A stretch of DNA of 64,000 nucleotides from Gemmatimonadota bacterium (lineage in GTDB: Bacteria > Gemmatimonadota > Gemmatimonadetes > Gemmatimonadales > GWC2-71-9), in assembly GCA_003222115.1 (NCBI GenBank), contig QHUL01000056.1, positions 16,998 to 80,997 of the forward strand. The letters run 5' to 3'. This document shows, piece by piece, positions 30,639 to 40,873 of the stretch; positions within the stretch are counted from its first letter, which is position 1, and each line of letters starts with the position of its first letter. The notes below the pieces were generated by a model. The model searched no databases and had not been told where the DNA came from. It saw only the letters and a program-made list of their open reading frames with translations. The translations under genes and the position numbers were made by a program.

Positions 30639-31553
30639 GCGGTCGCGCCACGGCCGCTGCGCCTGCGACTCCTTCCAGTACGCGAGCGCCGGCGTCGGCA
30701 GGCCGAAGTGCTGCTCCGCCGTCGCCTCGAGCCGCTCCGGCTCGTGCCCCGCGCCCTCGTGCAGCGCCTGGCGCCGCATCCGCTTGGCCAGGAGCAGCGC
30801 CTGGTGCCCGGCCGGGTCGAGCCGGCGCGCCGCCGCATCCCGATCGCCCAGCGCCTCCATCACGTACTCGAACGCCACCGCCATATGGCGCTCCACGTCC
30901 GCGTCCGGGAGATCCCAGCGGCTGTTCTCGAGCATCAGCTGGAACGCCCACTGCCAGCTCTGGCTCTCCGTGAGCCGCACCATCCCGCGGAACAGGCGAC
31001 GGCTGGTGCGCACGCTGAACAGCGTCGGCGAGATGATGGCGTCGAGGTGCGCGTCGCTCACGGCGTGGTCCTGCAGAATCAGCTGCTTCGCCTCGGCCGG
31101 GTAGGCCGTACCCAGGTGGGTCTCGAAACGGCTCTCCCAGTAGCTGTGGCCGAGGGCCGCCGTGCTCGACGTGAGCACGAGCTGGCGCGGCACGAAGAAG
31201 TTGTGGGCTACGCTGTCCGCGGCGAGGTGGGCGAGGTAGCCGTGCCCGAAGGCGCGTAACGGGTCGGTGGGGGCGAGGTCGAGGATCTCCTGCCCCACGT
31301 GCCAGGCGTGGCAATGGCGCCCCACGGGGGCGTACTTCTTCGCCATGGACGTGTCGGCCGCGATGTTGCCGTACAGAAAATCGTACGGGAACGCCCGCAG
31401 CAGGTCCGCGATCGCGGTCGGGAGCTGGTGCAGATTGGCGAGCACGGACTCGCCCAGGTAGACGTGCGTGCCTGGCGTCCAGGCGTGCGCCGCTCCCGGG
31501 AACAGCGCCAGCGCGACGAGCGCGAGGGCTAGGGCGCCGAGCGCGCGCCTCAG
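30627..31553 (-). CDS. Zinc-dependent phospholipase C family protein, secreted; apparent CTG start
   Basis: Signal peptide LRRALGALALALVALALFPGAAHA followed by WTPGTHVY (mature N-terminal Trp plus His), and later HGYLAHLAADSVAHN. No ATG, GTG or TTG lies upstream of the signal peptide. CTG at 31553 overlaps the upstream stop (CTGA). Confidence 0.6.
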   Translation of the reverse strand: MRRALGALALALVALALFPGAAHAWTPGTHVYLGESVLANLHQLPTAIADLLRAFPYDFLYGNIAADTSMAKKYAPVGRHCHAWHVGQEILDLAPTDPLRAFGHGYLAHLAADSVAHNFFVPRQLVLTSSTAALGHSYWESRFETHLGTAYPAEAKQLILQDHAVSDAHLDAIISPTLFSVRTSRRLFRGMVRLTESQSWQWAFQLMLENSRWDLPDADVERHMAVAFEYVMEALGDRDAAARRLDPAGHQALLLAKRMRRQALHEGAGHEPERLEATAEQHFGLPTPALAYWKESQAQRPWRDRSGG

Positions 31554-31963
31554 TGCTTCCTCCGCCCGCGCTTGAGCGCCCGCCGGCCCCAGTCCACGAG
31601 CGCGATCCCGCGCCGCACGCCGCGCAGCGTGGCGGCGACGTCCAGCACCGCCGACTCGACCTCCTCCTGGACGACGTCGAGCAGGGCGTCGAGATCCTGC
31701 AGCCGCGCTTCGGCCGCGTCTGCGGCCTTGACGATGCGGGCCCGCAGCTCCCGCGAGGTCCCCGCCAACCCTTCCGCTTCGGTGCGGATCGTCGCGACGA
31801 GCTGGCGCACGTCGCCCACGGCCGGGCCCGCGAGCTGCTCCAGCAGGCGGGCGAACTGCTCCAGCCGGCGCGCCGCCACGAGATGCGTCGCCGCCAGGAC
31901 CACTCCGGCGGCCGCCAGCACGGCGAGGCTCAAGGCCCCCAACACGCCCACCCAGGTCGGCAT
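31550..31963 (-). CDS. Membrane-anchored coiled-coil protein (DUF948-like)
   Basis: N-terminal TM segment MPTWVGVLGALSLAVLAAAGVVLA followed by a long helical region. Confidence 0.55.
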   Translation of the reverse strand: MPTWVGVLGALSLAVLAAAGVVLAATHLVAARRLEQFARLLEQLAGPAVGDVRQLVATIRTEAEGLAGTSRELRARIVKAADAAEARLQDLDALLDVVQEEVESAVLDVAATLRGVRRGIALVDWGRRALKRGRRKH

Positions 31964-31969
31964 CGCGGC

Positions 31970-33223
31970 TCAGTCCACGGGAGATTCGGCCGTAAGCTCG
32001 GGGCCCGGCGCCCGCTCTGTCAACGCCGTCGGCCGGAGCGCGAGGCGCATCAGGGGCGGGGCCGCGAGCTGCGCCAGGACCACGCCCACCACGATGGTCG
32101 TCAGGAGCGGGCGTCCCGTGCCCGACGTCGCGCCGTCCCCGAGGAGGAAGCTCGCGCCCAGGGCGACCGCGAGACCGCCCTGCGCGGTGGTCGCGAGGCC
32201 CAGCTGGGGCGGGATCGCGCCCAGCTGGAGCGGGTCGCGAGCGTAGCGCACGACTGCCCACTTCGCCGCGGTCCGCAGCGCCCACAGGATCGGGGCGGCC
32301 GCGAGCACCCAGACGGTGGGGAGGGCGAGCACGGCCCCGGTGATGATCAGGAACAGACCGTAGATGAGGTGCTCCCCAGCCGCGAGCAGTCCCCGCACGC
32401 GCCGCCGCAAGGGCGACCCGTTCACGATCAGCGCGGCGGCGAGGCCGCACACGACGAGGGGCGAGAGGTCCGCGGCGTAGCCGATGCCCGCGGCGAACAG
32501 CATCGCGCCGAGCAGGGCCACGCCCACGTGCTCGGGGTCCGGGCGGAGCCGAGTGAAGGAAAGGAACAGCATCCCCACGAGCGTCCCGCTCCCGATGGTC
32601 AGCGCAAGCCAGGCGAACCAGCCGTGCGTCGCGCCGCCCTCCCCGGACCCGCGCAGCGGGGAGATCGTGAGCGCGAGCGTCAGGGCGAGCGTGGCCCAGG
32701 CCGTCGCGAGCGTCGCCGCGAGCCCGAATACGCGAGCCACGCTGCGTCGCACCCCCAACGTCCGGGCGGCGAGCGCCACGGCTCCGGGCCCCGACGCCGC
32801 GGCTACGGTGCCGAGGGCGAGCACGGCGGGGAGGCGCGGCGTCCAGGCGGCGCCGAGCGCCGGGCGGGCGCGCGCCAGGAGCCAGGCAGCGAGCCCCACC
32901 ACGAGGAGGACGGCGACCGCCTCGAGGCCGCTCAGGAGCCAGAGGCGGCGTGGAATGCGCGTCACGTAGCGGCGCTCGCAGCGGGCGCCGAGCAGCGCGC
33001 CGAGCCAGCCGAGCGTCAGTGCCGTGACCGGCGACAGGGCCCGCAGCGCGGCGGTGTCGAGCAGCTCGATCCCGGGCCCGAGCACGATGCCGAGCAGGAG
33101 GAGGGGCGTCCCGGCGGCGAACAGCACGTCGAGCGAGCGGGGCCGGCGGGGCGGCAGCCGGGGCAGGCGTGTGGCGAGAACCCCGACGACCGCGAGCAAC
33201 CCGAGCGCGAGAACGGGGCTCAC
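31970..33223 (-). CDS. Polytopic membrane protein, cation:proton antiporter-like
   Basis: About 12 hydrophobic helices. GTG at 33223 is chosen because the longer listed ORF would overlap murA and its promoter. The family assignment is weak. Confidence 0.5.
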   Translation of the reverse strand: MSPVLALGLLAVVGVLATRLPRLPPRRPRSLDVLFAAGTPLLLLGIVLGPGIELLDTAALRALSPVTALTLGWLGALLGARCERRYVTRIPRRLWLLSGLEAVAVLLVVGLAAWLLARARPALGAAWTPRLPAVLALGTVAAASGPGAVALAARTLGVRRSVARVFGLAATLATAWATLALTLALTISPLRGSGEGGATHGWFAWLALTIGSGTLVGMLFLSFTRLRPDPEHVGVALLGAMLFAAGIGYAADLSPLVVCGLAAALIVNGSPLRRRVRGLLAAGEHLIYGLFLIITGAVLALPTVWVLAAAPILWALRTAAKWAVVRYARDPLQLGAIPPQLGLATTAQGGLAVALGASFLLGDGATSGTGRPLLTTIVVGVVLAQLAAPPLMRLALRPTALTERAPGPELTAESPVD

Positions 33224-33273
33224 GCGCGAACGTTCGCGCGCGCTTGACGCGAGCGCAAGCGCCGCCGTAGCTT
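33223..33273. promoter_or_regulatory. Divergent control region: an 18-nt perfect palindrome, a second inverted repeat, and a TTGACG-N18-TAGCTT promoter-like pair for murA
   Basis: cgcgcgaacgttcgcgcg at 33223-33240. gcgcttg-N9-caagcgc at 33240-33262. TTGACG at 33244-33249 and TAGCTT at 33268-33273. The murA ATG is at 33282. Confidence 0.4.
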
Positions 33274-33281
33274 GGCGGCCT

Positions 33282-34598
33282 ATGGCTCCGGCGTTCTGCG
33301 TGACCGGCGGGCGTCCGCTCAAGGGAACGATCCGCCCGGCGGGGAACAAGAACGCGGCCCTGCCCATCCTCGCGGCCACGCTGCTGGCCGATGCGCCCTG
33401 CCGCATTGATAACGTCCCCAGGATCGGTGACGTGGAGACGATGCTCGCGCTGCTCGCCCATCTGGGCGCGGAGGTGCGCTGGACCGGCGATCACGCGGTC
33501 GAGATCGATCCCGCGCACGCCGCACCGCGCGAGCTCGACCCTGCATTGTGCGCCCGCATCCGGGCCTCCATCCTGCTCGCCGGGCCGATGCTCGCCCGCT
33601 TCGGCCGCGTCGCCCTGCCGCCCCCGGGCGGCGACGTGATCGGGCGCCGGCGCGTGGACACCCACCTCCTCGCCTTGGAACAGATGGGCGCCGAGATCAC
33701 CGTGGGCGACAGCTACAAGTTCGAGGCACCGGCTCGGGGCCTGCGGCCGGCGGACATCTTCCTCGACGAGCCCAGCGTCACGGCCACCGAGAACGTCCTC
33801 ATGGCTGCGGCGGCGACGCCCGGGACCACCGTGCTGCGCAACGCCGCGTCCGAGCCCCACGTGCAGGACCTGGCGCGGTTTCTCACCGGGCTCGGCGCCC
33901 AAGTGGAAGGAATCGGCACCAACACGCTCACCGTGCATGGCGGCAAGCTGCGGGGGGCGCCGGGTGTCGTCGGGCCCGACCACATCGAGATCGGCTCGTT
34001 CATCGGGCTCGCGGCCGCGACGAACGGCGCCATCACGATCGACGGTGTGCGCGCCGAGGACTTGCGGGCTACGCTGCTGGCGTTCGACCGATTGGGCGTG
34101 CGTCCCCGCCTCGACGGCGCCCAGCTCGTCGTGGACGACAACCAGGAGCGGCGCATCCGCGCGGACCTGGGCGGCCACGTGCCGGAGCTCGAGGACGGGC
34201 CCTGGCCCCAGTTCCCCGCGGACCTGATATCGATCGCGATCGTCGTGGCCACGCAGTGCGAGGGGCTGTTGCTCGTCTTCGAGAAGCTGTTCGAATCGCG
34301 GCTCTTCTTCGTCGACAAGCTCATCGGCATGGGAGCGCGCATCGTGCTGTGCGATCCGCACCGCGCGGTCATCGCCGGGCCCTCGCCGCTGCACGGCCAG
34401 GTCGTGGACAGCCCCGACATCCGGGCTGGCATGGCGATGCTGCTCGCCGCGCTCGCCGCGCGCGGCGACTCGGTGATCCACAACATCGGGCAGATCGAGC
34501 GAGGGTACGAGCGCATCGACGAGCGGCTGCGCGCCCTGGGGGCGCAGATCGAGAGAATCGAGGACGGCGGTAAGGCGGCTGGGCGGTTAGGCGGATAG
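33282..34598 (+). CDS. murA: UDP-N-acetylglucosamine 1-carboxyvinyltransferase MurA, with a C-terminal tail encoded by an octamer-repeat element
   Basis: GTIRPAGNKNAALPILAATLLA and full-length EPSP/MurA-type body. The last roughly 11 codons (EDGGKAAGRLGG) lie in the repeat. Confidence 0.93.
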   Translation: MAPAFCVTGGRPLKGTIRPAGNKNAALPILAATLLADAPCRIDNVPRIGDVETMLALLAHLGAEVRWTGDHAVEIDPAHAAPRELDPALCARIRASILLAGPMLARFGRVALPPPGGDVIGRRRVDTHLLALEQMGAEITVGDSYKFEAPARGLRPADIFLDEPSVTATENVLMAAAATPGTTVLRNAASEPHVQDLARFLTGLGAQVEGIGTNTLTVHGGKLRGAPGVVGPDHIEIGSFIGLAAATNGAITIDGVRAEDLRATLLAFDRLGVRPRLDGAQLVVDDNQERRIRADLGGHVPELEDGPWPQFPADLISIAIVVATQCEGLLLVFEKLFESRLFFVDKLIGMGARIVLCDPHRAVIAGPSPLHGQVVDSPDIRAGMAMLLAALAARGDSVIHNIGQIERGYERIDERLRALGAQIERIEDGGKAAGRLGG

Positions 34599-34653
34599 GC
34601 GGTCAGAGTGCACGGCTCGACTAGCCGCCTAACCGCCTATCCGCCTAGTCTCC
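34566..34653. repeat. Inverted pair of tandem octamer arrays (GGCGGNNN x5 / TANCCGCC x3-4) spanning the murA-pgeF junction
   Basis: Arm 1 at 34566-34605 is ggcggtaa ggcggctg ggcggtta ggcggata ggcggtca. The 16-nt loop follows. Arm 2 at 34622-34645 is tagccgcc taaccgcc tatccgcc. Each paired octamer is 7/8 complementary. Confidence 0.85.
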
Positions 34654-34688
34654 GCGAGCAGCCCGTCGCCGACCCCGCCGTCCCCCGT

Positions 34689-35393
34689 ATGGAACTCGTC
34701 GACTGGGCGGAGCGCTACGGCCTCGTCGCGGGCATCACCACCCGCGAGCACGGCTTCAGCCTGGGCCTGTGGAGCGAGGAGAACGTGGGACAGGTGATGA
34801 CCCGCTGGCGGGCGTTCCGTGCCGCCTTCCACGCGGCGTTTCCCGTCACCGTGCTGAGCCACCAGATCCACGGCAGCGCGGTGAGGTGGCACGACGAGCT
34901 CTCGGACGGGTGGCTGGTCCTGGACGGCGTGGACGGGCACGCCACACGGGCGCGCGGCGTGCTGCTCACCGTGACCGTGGCCGACTGCGTCCCCGTCTAT
35001 CTCGCCGCGCCGACGACGGGCGCCGTGGCGCTGGTGCACGCGGGCTGGCGCGGCGCGTCGGCCGGGATCCTGGCGCGCGGCGTGGAGGTCTTGAAAGCGC
35101 GAGCGTTCGTGCGGGCCCAGGACATTATAATGCATTGTGGAGTTGGGATTTGCGGGCCGTGTTATGAAGTAGGTTCTGAAGTGCTGAGCCGCTTCACGGC
35201 TCGCACCGAGTCGGCGTCCGGCCACGTCGATCTGCGCGCGGTATTGGCGGGACAGGCAGGTGAGCTCGGGATTGAGCAGGTGACCGTCTCGCCGTGGTGC
35301 AGCGCGCACGACCGGGAGCACTTCTTCTCGCATCGGGCCTCGGATGGCCGCGACGGGCGGATGGTGGCGTACTTGGGCCTGCCCCGCGCTTGA
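34689..35393 (+). CDS. pgeF: Peptidoglycan editing factor PgeF / YfiH (DUF152 laccase-domain protein); alternative GTG start at 34608 inside the repeat element
   Basis: HQIHGSAV, DGHATRARGVLLTVTVADCVPV, VALVHAGWRG and CGPCYEVG motifs. Confidence 0.8.
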   Translation: MELVDWAERYGLVAGITTREHGFSLGLWSEENVGQVMTRWRAFRAAFHAAFPVTVLSHQIHGSAVRWHDELSDGWLVLDGVDGHATRARGVLLTVTVADCVPVYLAAPTTGAVALVHAGWRGASAGILARGVEVLKARAFVRAQDIIMHCGVGICGPCYEVGSEVLSRFTARTESASGHVDLRAVLAGQAGELGIEQVTVSPWCSAHDREHFFSHRASDGRDGRMVAYLGLPRA

Positions 35394-35417
35394 CACGAGG
35401 GGTCCGCCGGCTAGATT
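35390..35417 (+). promoter_or_regulatory. Putative promoter TTGACA-N16-TAGATT upstream of rimP-nusA-infB
   Basis: TTGACA at 35390-35395 overlaps the pgeF stop. TAGATT at 35412-35417. Confidence 0.45.
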
Positions 35418-35418
35418 C

Positions 35419-35459
35419 CGGGCCGGTGAGCGGGCGAAGTTCGGCCCGCGCTTTTTTTT
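35419..35459 (+). terminator. Intrinsic terminator or leader attenuator: GC stem plus T8 ending 4 nt before the rimP ATG
   Basis: Two alternative stems share the same 3' arm: cgggccg (35419-35425) or gcgggc (35430-35435) with cggcccgc (35442-35449). T8 follows at 35452-35459. Confidence 0.65.
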
Positions 35460-35462
35460 GCC

Positions 35463-35930
35463 ATGCTCTCCGACAGTCTCGTCGAGCAGTTTCGGGTCCG
35501 CCTGGCAGCCTTGGGACTCGAGCTCGCTGACCTTCGCATCGGCGGCACGCCCAATCGGCCGCTGGCTCAAGTGCGCATCGAGTGGCCGCCGGCCGATCCG
35601 GGCACCCCTGAGCGGCGGGTGACGGTGGAGGATTGCGCGCGGGCGAGCCGCGCCCTCGAGGCGTGGCTCGACGCGGGCGGGCCGCTCGGGGGCCGCTATG
35701 TGCTCGAGGTCTCGAGCCCGGGCCTGGAACGGCCGCTCCGCTGGCATCGCCACTGGGTGCGGTTCGTGGGGCGGGACGTGCAGGCGACCGTGGCGGGGCT
35801 GGGGCGGGTCCGGGCCCGGATCGTGGACGTGCCGGACGAGCACACGGTGGTTCTCGAGCCCGCTGGGCGCGCGGCGCAAAGCGTGCGGCTCACGGACATC
35901 CGTGACGCCCGGCTGGCGGTGGACTGGTAG
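35463..35930 (+). CDS. rimP: Ribosome maturation factor RimP
   Basis: Position upstream of nusA, plus YVLEVSSPGLERPL. Confidence 0.85.
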   Translation: MLSDSLVEQFRVRLAALGLELADLRIGGTPNRPLAQVRIEWPPADPGTPERRVTVEDCARASRALEAWLDAGGPLGGRYVLEVSSPGLERPLRWHRHWVRFVGRDVQATVAGLGRVRARIVDVPDEHTVVLEPAGRAAQSVRLTDIRDARLAVDW

Positions 35931-35951
35931 CCGATTGAAGAGGACGGTGTG

Positions 35952-37334
35952 ATGGCGAATACGACAGACGTAGTCTCCGCGATCCGCGAGCTGACGAACA
36001 CCAAGCAGCTCGATCGCGGCGAGCTGCTCGACCTCCTGAAGGACGGGCTGCACGCGGCGCTGGTGAAGCGCTACGGGCCCAACGTGCGGGCGGAGATCGG
36101 CATCGACGAGCTCAAGGGCACGATTCGCATCGTCGTCCTGCGGACGGTGGTCGAGACCGTGGAGGATCCCGGCTCGCAGGTGTCGCTGGAGGAGGCGCGG
36201 TTCGAGGACCCCGAGTTCCAGGTGGGGGACGTGCTGGAGGAAGAGGTCCCCTTCGAAGTGTTCGGGCGCACGGCGGTGCAGGCGGCCAAGCAGCGCATCA
36301 TCCAGCGTGTGCGCGAGGGGGAGCGCGCCCGCATCCGCGAGGAGTTCTCGGGCAAGGTGGGCGAGCTCCTGTCGGGCGAGGTGCAGCAGATCGAGCGCGG
36401 CAAGATCGTGGTGATGCTCGCGAAGTTCCGCGAGGCCGAGGCGATCATCCCCTACCGGGAGCAGAACCACCGCGAGCACTTCCACCAGGGGGACACGATC
36501 CGCGCCGTGCTGAAGCGGATCGAGGAGACGCCCAAGGGGCCGCGCCTCATCCTGTCGCGCGCCGACCCGCTGTTCGTGAAGGCGCTGTTCAAGCTGGAGG
36601 TGCCGGAGATCCAGCAGGGGGTCGTCGAGATCCGGGCCACCGCCCGGGAGGCGGGGAGCCGGACCAAGATCGCCGTCTCCTCGCGGGACGACGCCATCGA
36701 TCCCGTGGGCGCGTGCGTCGGCCTGAAGGGCTCCCGCGTGCAGGCGGTCGTGAACGAGCTCGGCGGCGAGCGCATTGACATCGTGCCGTGGTCGCCGGAC
36801 CCCGAGCGCTTCGCCAAACTCGCGCTCGCCCCCGCCCGTGTGGCGCGCGTGTTCTCCGATCCCGACTCGAAGACCGTCCAGGCCATCGTGGACGAGGACC
36901 AGCTGTCGCTCGCCATCGGCCGCAACGGCCAGAACGTGCGCCTCGCGTCCGAGCTCACCGGATGGAAGATCGACCTGTACTCGAGCCGCGAGTGGCTGGA
37001 GCGGGGCGGCGAGGGCCCGCTGTTCGCGCCGCTGCCGCCCGATGAGGAGGCGGCCACCAAGGTCGCCCTGCGCGAGCTGAAGGGGCTCCCCGCCGAGCTC
37101 GTGAACGTGCTGGAGCAGGGGGGACACCGCACCCTCCAGGACATCCTCGAGTTCGAGCGCGAGGACGTGGACAAGATCGCCGGGATGACGCCCGAGCTCG
37201 CCGAGAAGCTGATGGCGTTCCTCAACGAGATGACGGAAGAGGGCGGCGAGGAGGAGGCGCCCGCGGAGCCGGGCGCGGGCGATGCCGCGGCAGCGGCGCC
37301 CGCGGCTCCGCCGCCCGCCCCCGCGCCGGAGTGA
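35952..37334 (+). CDS. nusA: Transcription termination/antitermination factor NusA
   Basis: S1 and KH regions (GACVGLKGSRVQAVVNELGGERIDIV) and an acidic C-terminal HhH region. Confidence 0.95.
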   Translation: MANTTDVVSAIRELTNTKQLDRGELLDLLKDGLHAALVKRYGPNVRAEIGIDELKGTIRIVVLRTVVETVEDPGSQVSLEEARFEDPEFQVGDVLEEEVPFEVFGRTAVQAAKQRIIQRVREGERARIREEFSGKVGELLSGEVQQIERGKIVVMLAKFREAEAIIPYREQNHREHFHQGDTIRAVLKRIEETPKGPRLILSRADPLFVKALFKLEVPEIQQGVVEIRATAREAGSRTKIAVSSRDDAIDPVGACVGLKGSRVQAVVNELGGERIDIVPWSPDPERFAKLALAPARVARVFSDPDSKTVQAIVDEDQLSLAIGRNGQNVRLASELTGWKIDLYSSREWLERGGEGPLFAPLPPDEEAATKVALRELKGLPAELVNVLEQGGHRTLQDILEFEREDVDKIAGMTPELAEKLMAFLNEMTEEGGEEEAPAEPGAGDAAAAAPAAPPPAPAPE

Positions 37335-37633
37335 CGGACGCGGTGACGCGCCTGTTGGGCTTGGGGCTGCGGGCCCGGCGCGTGGTGCTTGGGGTGGCGG
37401 GCGTGCGGGCCCGGCTGCAGCGCGGCCGTTTGGCCTGCGTGGTGCTCGCCGCGGACGCGAGCCCGCGGACGCGCGACAAGGTGGAGCGGCTGGCGCTGGC
37501 GCGCGGCGTGCCGGTGGTGCGGGGACCCGCCGCCGAGCGGCTGGGAGCGGGGCTGGGACGGGCGGCGGTGCAGGCGGTCGGGGTGGCGGATGCGGGGCTC
37601 GCGCGCGGGCTCGTGGCGTCTTCGGGAGGCTGA
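37331..37633 (+). CDS. L7Ae-family RNA-binding protein (YlxQ-like)
   Basis: GTGA overlap with nusA. The pattern LGLGLRARRVVLGVAGVRARLQRGRLACVVLAADAS..., in the nusA-infB position. Confidence 0.6.
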   Translation: MTDAVTRLLGLGLRARRVVLGVAGVRARLQRGRLACVVLAADASPRTRDKVERLALARGVPVVRGPAAERLGAGLGRAAVQAVGVADAGLARGLVASSGG

Positions 37634-40231
<2,598 letters not shown>

Positions 40232-40235
40232 CGCC

Positions 40236-40517
40236 GTGGTCGTGGGACTGATCACGTGGGAGCTGCACCTCGCGGCGTGCCAGTCCCTGAAGGAGAAGCG
40301 CCACGTGTTGAAGAGCCTCAAGGACCGGCTGCACAACCGCTTCAACGTCTCCGCCGCCGAAACGGACCATCATGACCTGTGGCAGCGAGCCGAGCTCAGC
40401 GTGTGCGTCGTGAGCACCGACCGGGAGCACGCCGAGCGGGTGCTGCGCGAGGCCGATCGCCTGGTGGAGGGCGCCGCGGGCGCCCGCATCGTGGACACGG
40501 TCACGAGCTTCCTGTGA
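40236..40517 (+). CDS. DUF503 protein (YlxP-like)
   Basis: 93 aa at the conserved position between infB and rbfA. LHLAACQSLKEKRHVLKSLKDRL. Confidence 0.7.
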   Translation: MVVGLITWELHLAACQSLKEKRHVLKSLKDRLHNRFNVSAAETDHHDLWQRAELSVCVVSTDREHAERVLREADRLVEGAAGARIVDTVTSFL

Positions 40518-40873
40518 GGCGCCGACCCAGCCACCGGCCCGAGCGGGTGGGCGAGATGATCCGCCACAACGTGGCCGAGTTCCTGACCGGGAAAGCGCGC
40601 GACCCGCGGATCGGCTTCGTCACCGTCACCGCGGTCGAGGTCTCGGCCGACCTGACGCACGCCTGCGTGCGCGTGAGTGTGATGGGCTCGGACGAGGAGA
40701 AGGCGAAGAGCCTCGAGGGCCTCGCCAGCGCCGCGCGCTTCCTGCGCGCCGGCCTCGCCCGGGAGTTGCCGCTGCGCACCGCGCCCGAGCTGCGCTTCGA
40801 GCTCGATCGCGGCCAGGAGCACGCGATGCGCATCGCCCGGCTGCTGAAAGAGCTCAAGGAAGGCGCCGACTGA
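40514..40873 (+). CDS. rbfA: Ribosome-binding factor A
   Basis: GTGA overlap. RPERVGEMIRHNVAEFL ... DPRIGFVTVTAVEVSADLTHACV. Confidence 0.85.
   Translation: MRRRPSHRPERVGEMIRHNVAEFLTGKARDPRIGFVTVTAVEVSADLTHACVRVSVMGSDEEKAKSLEGLASAARFLRAGLARELPLRTAPELRFELDRGQEHAMRIARLLKELKEGAD

Noticed and set aside
30627-34481. Very long ORFs on the strand opposite to, or out of frame with, recognisable genes. Examples: 30627-34481 (-) at 1284 aa, 36452-40345 (-) at 1297 aa, 34629-37640 (-) at 1003 aa, and 2490-4253 (-).
   Set aside because: Their translations are Arg/Ala/Pro/Gly-rich low-complexity strings typical of stop-poor frames in roughly 70% GC DNA. They overlap well-supported genes (murA, nusA, infB, mutL). 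Only the 3' 927 nt of the first one (the PLC-like gene) looks real.
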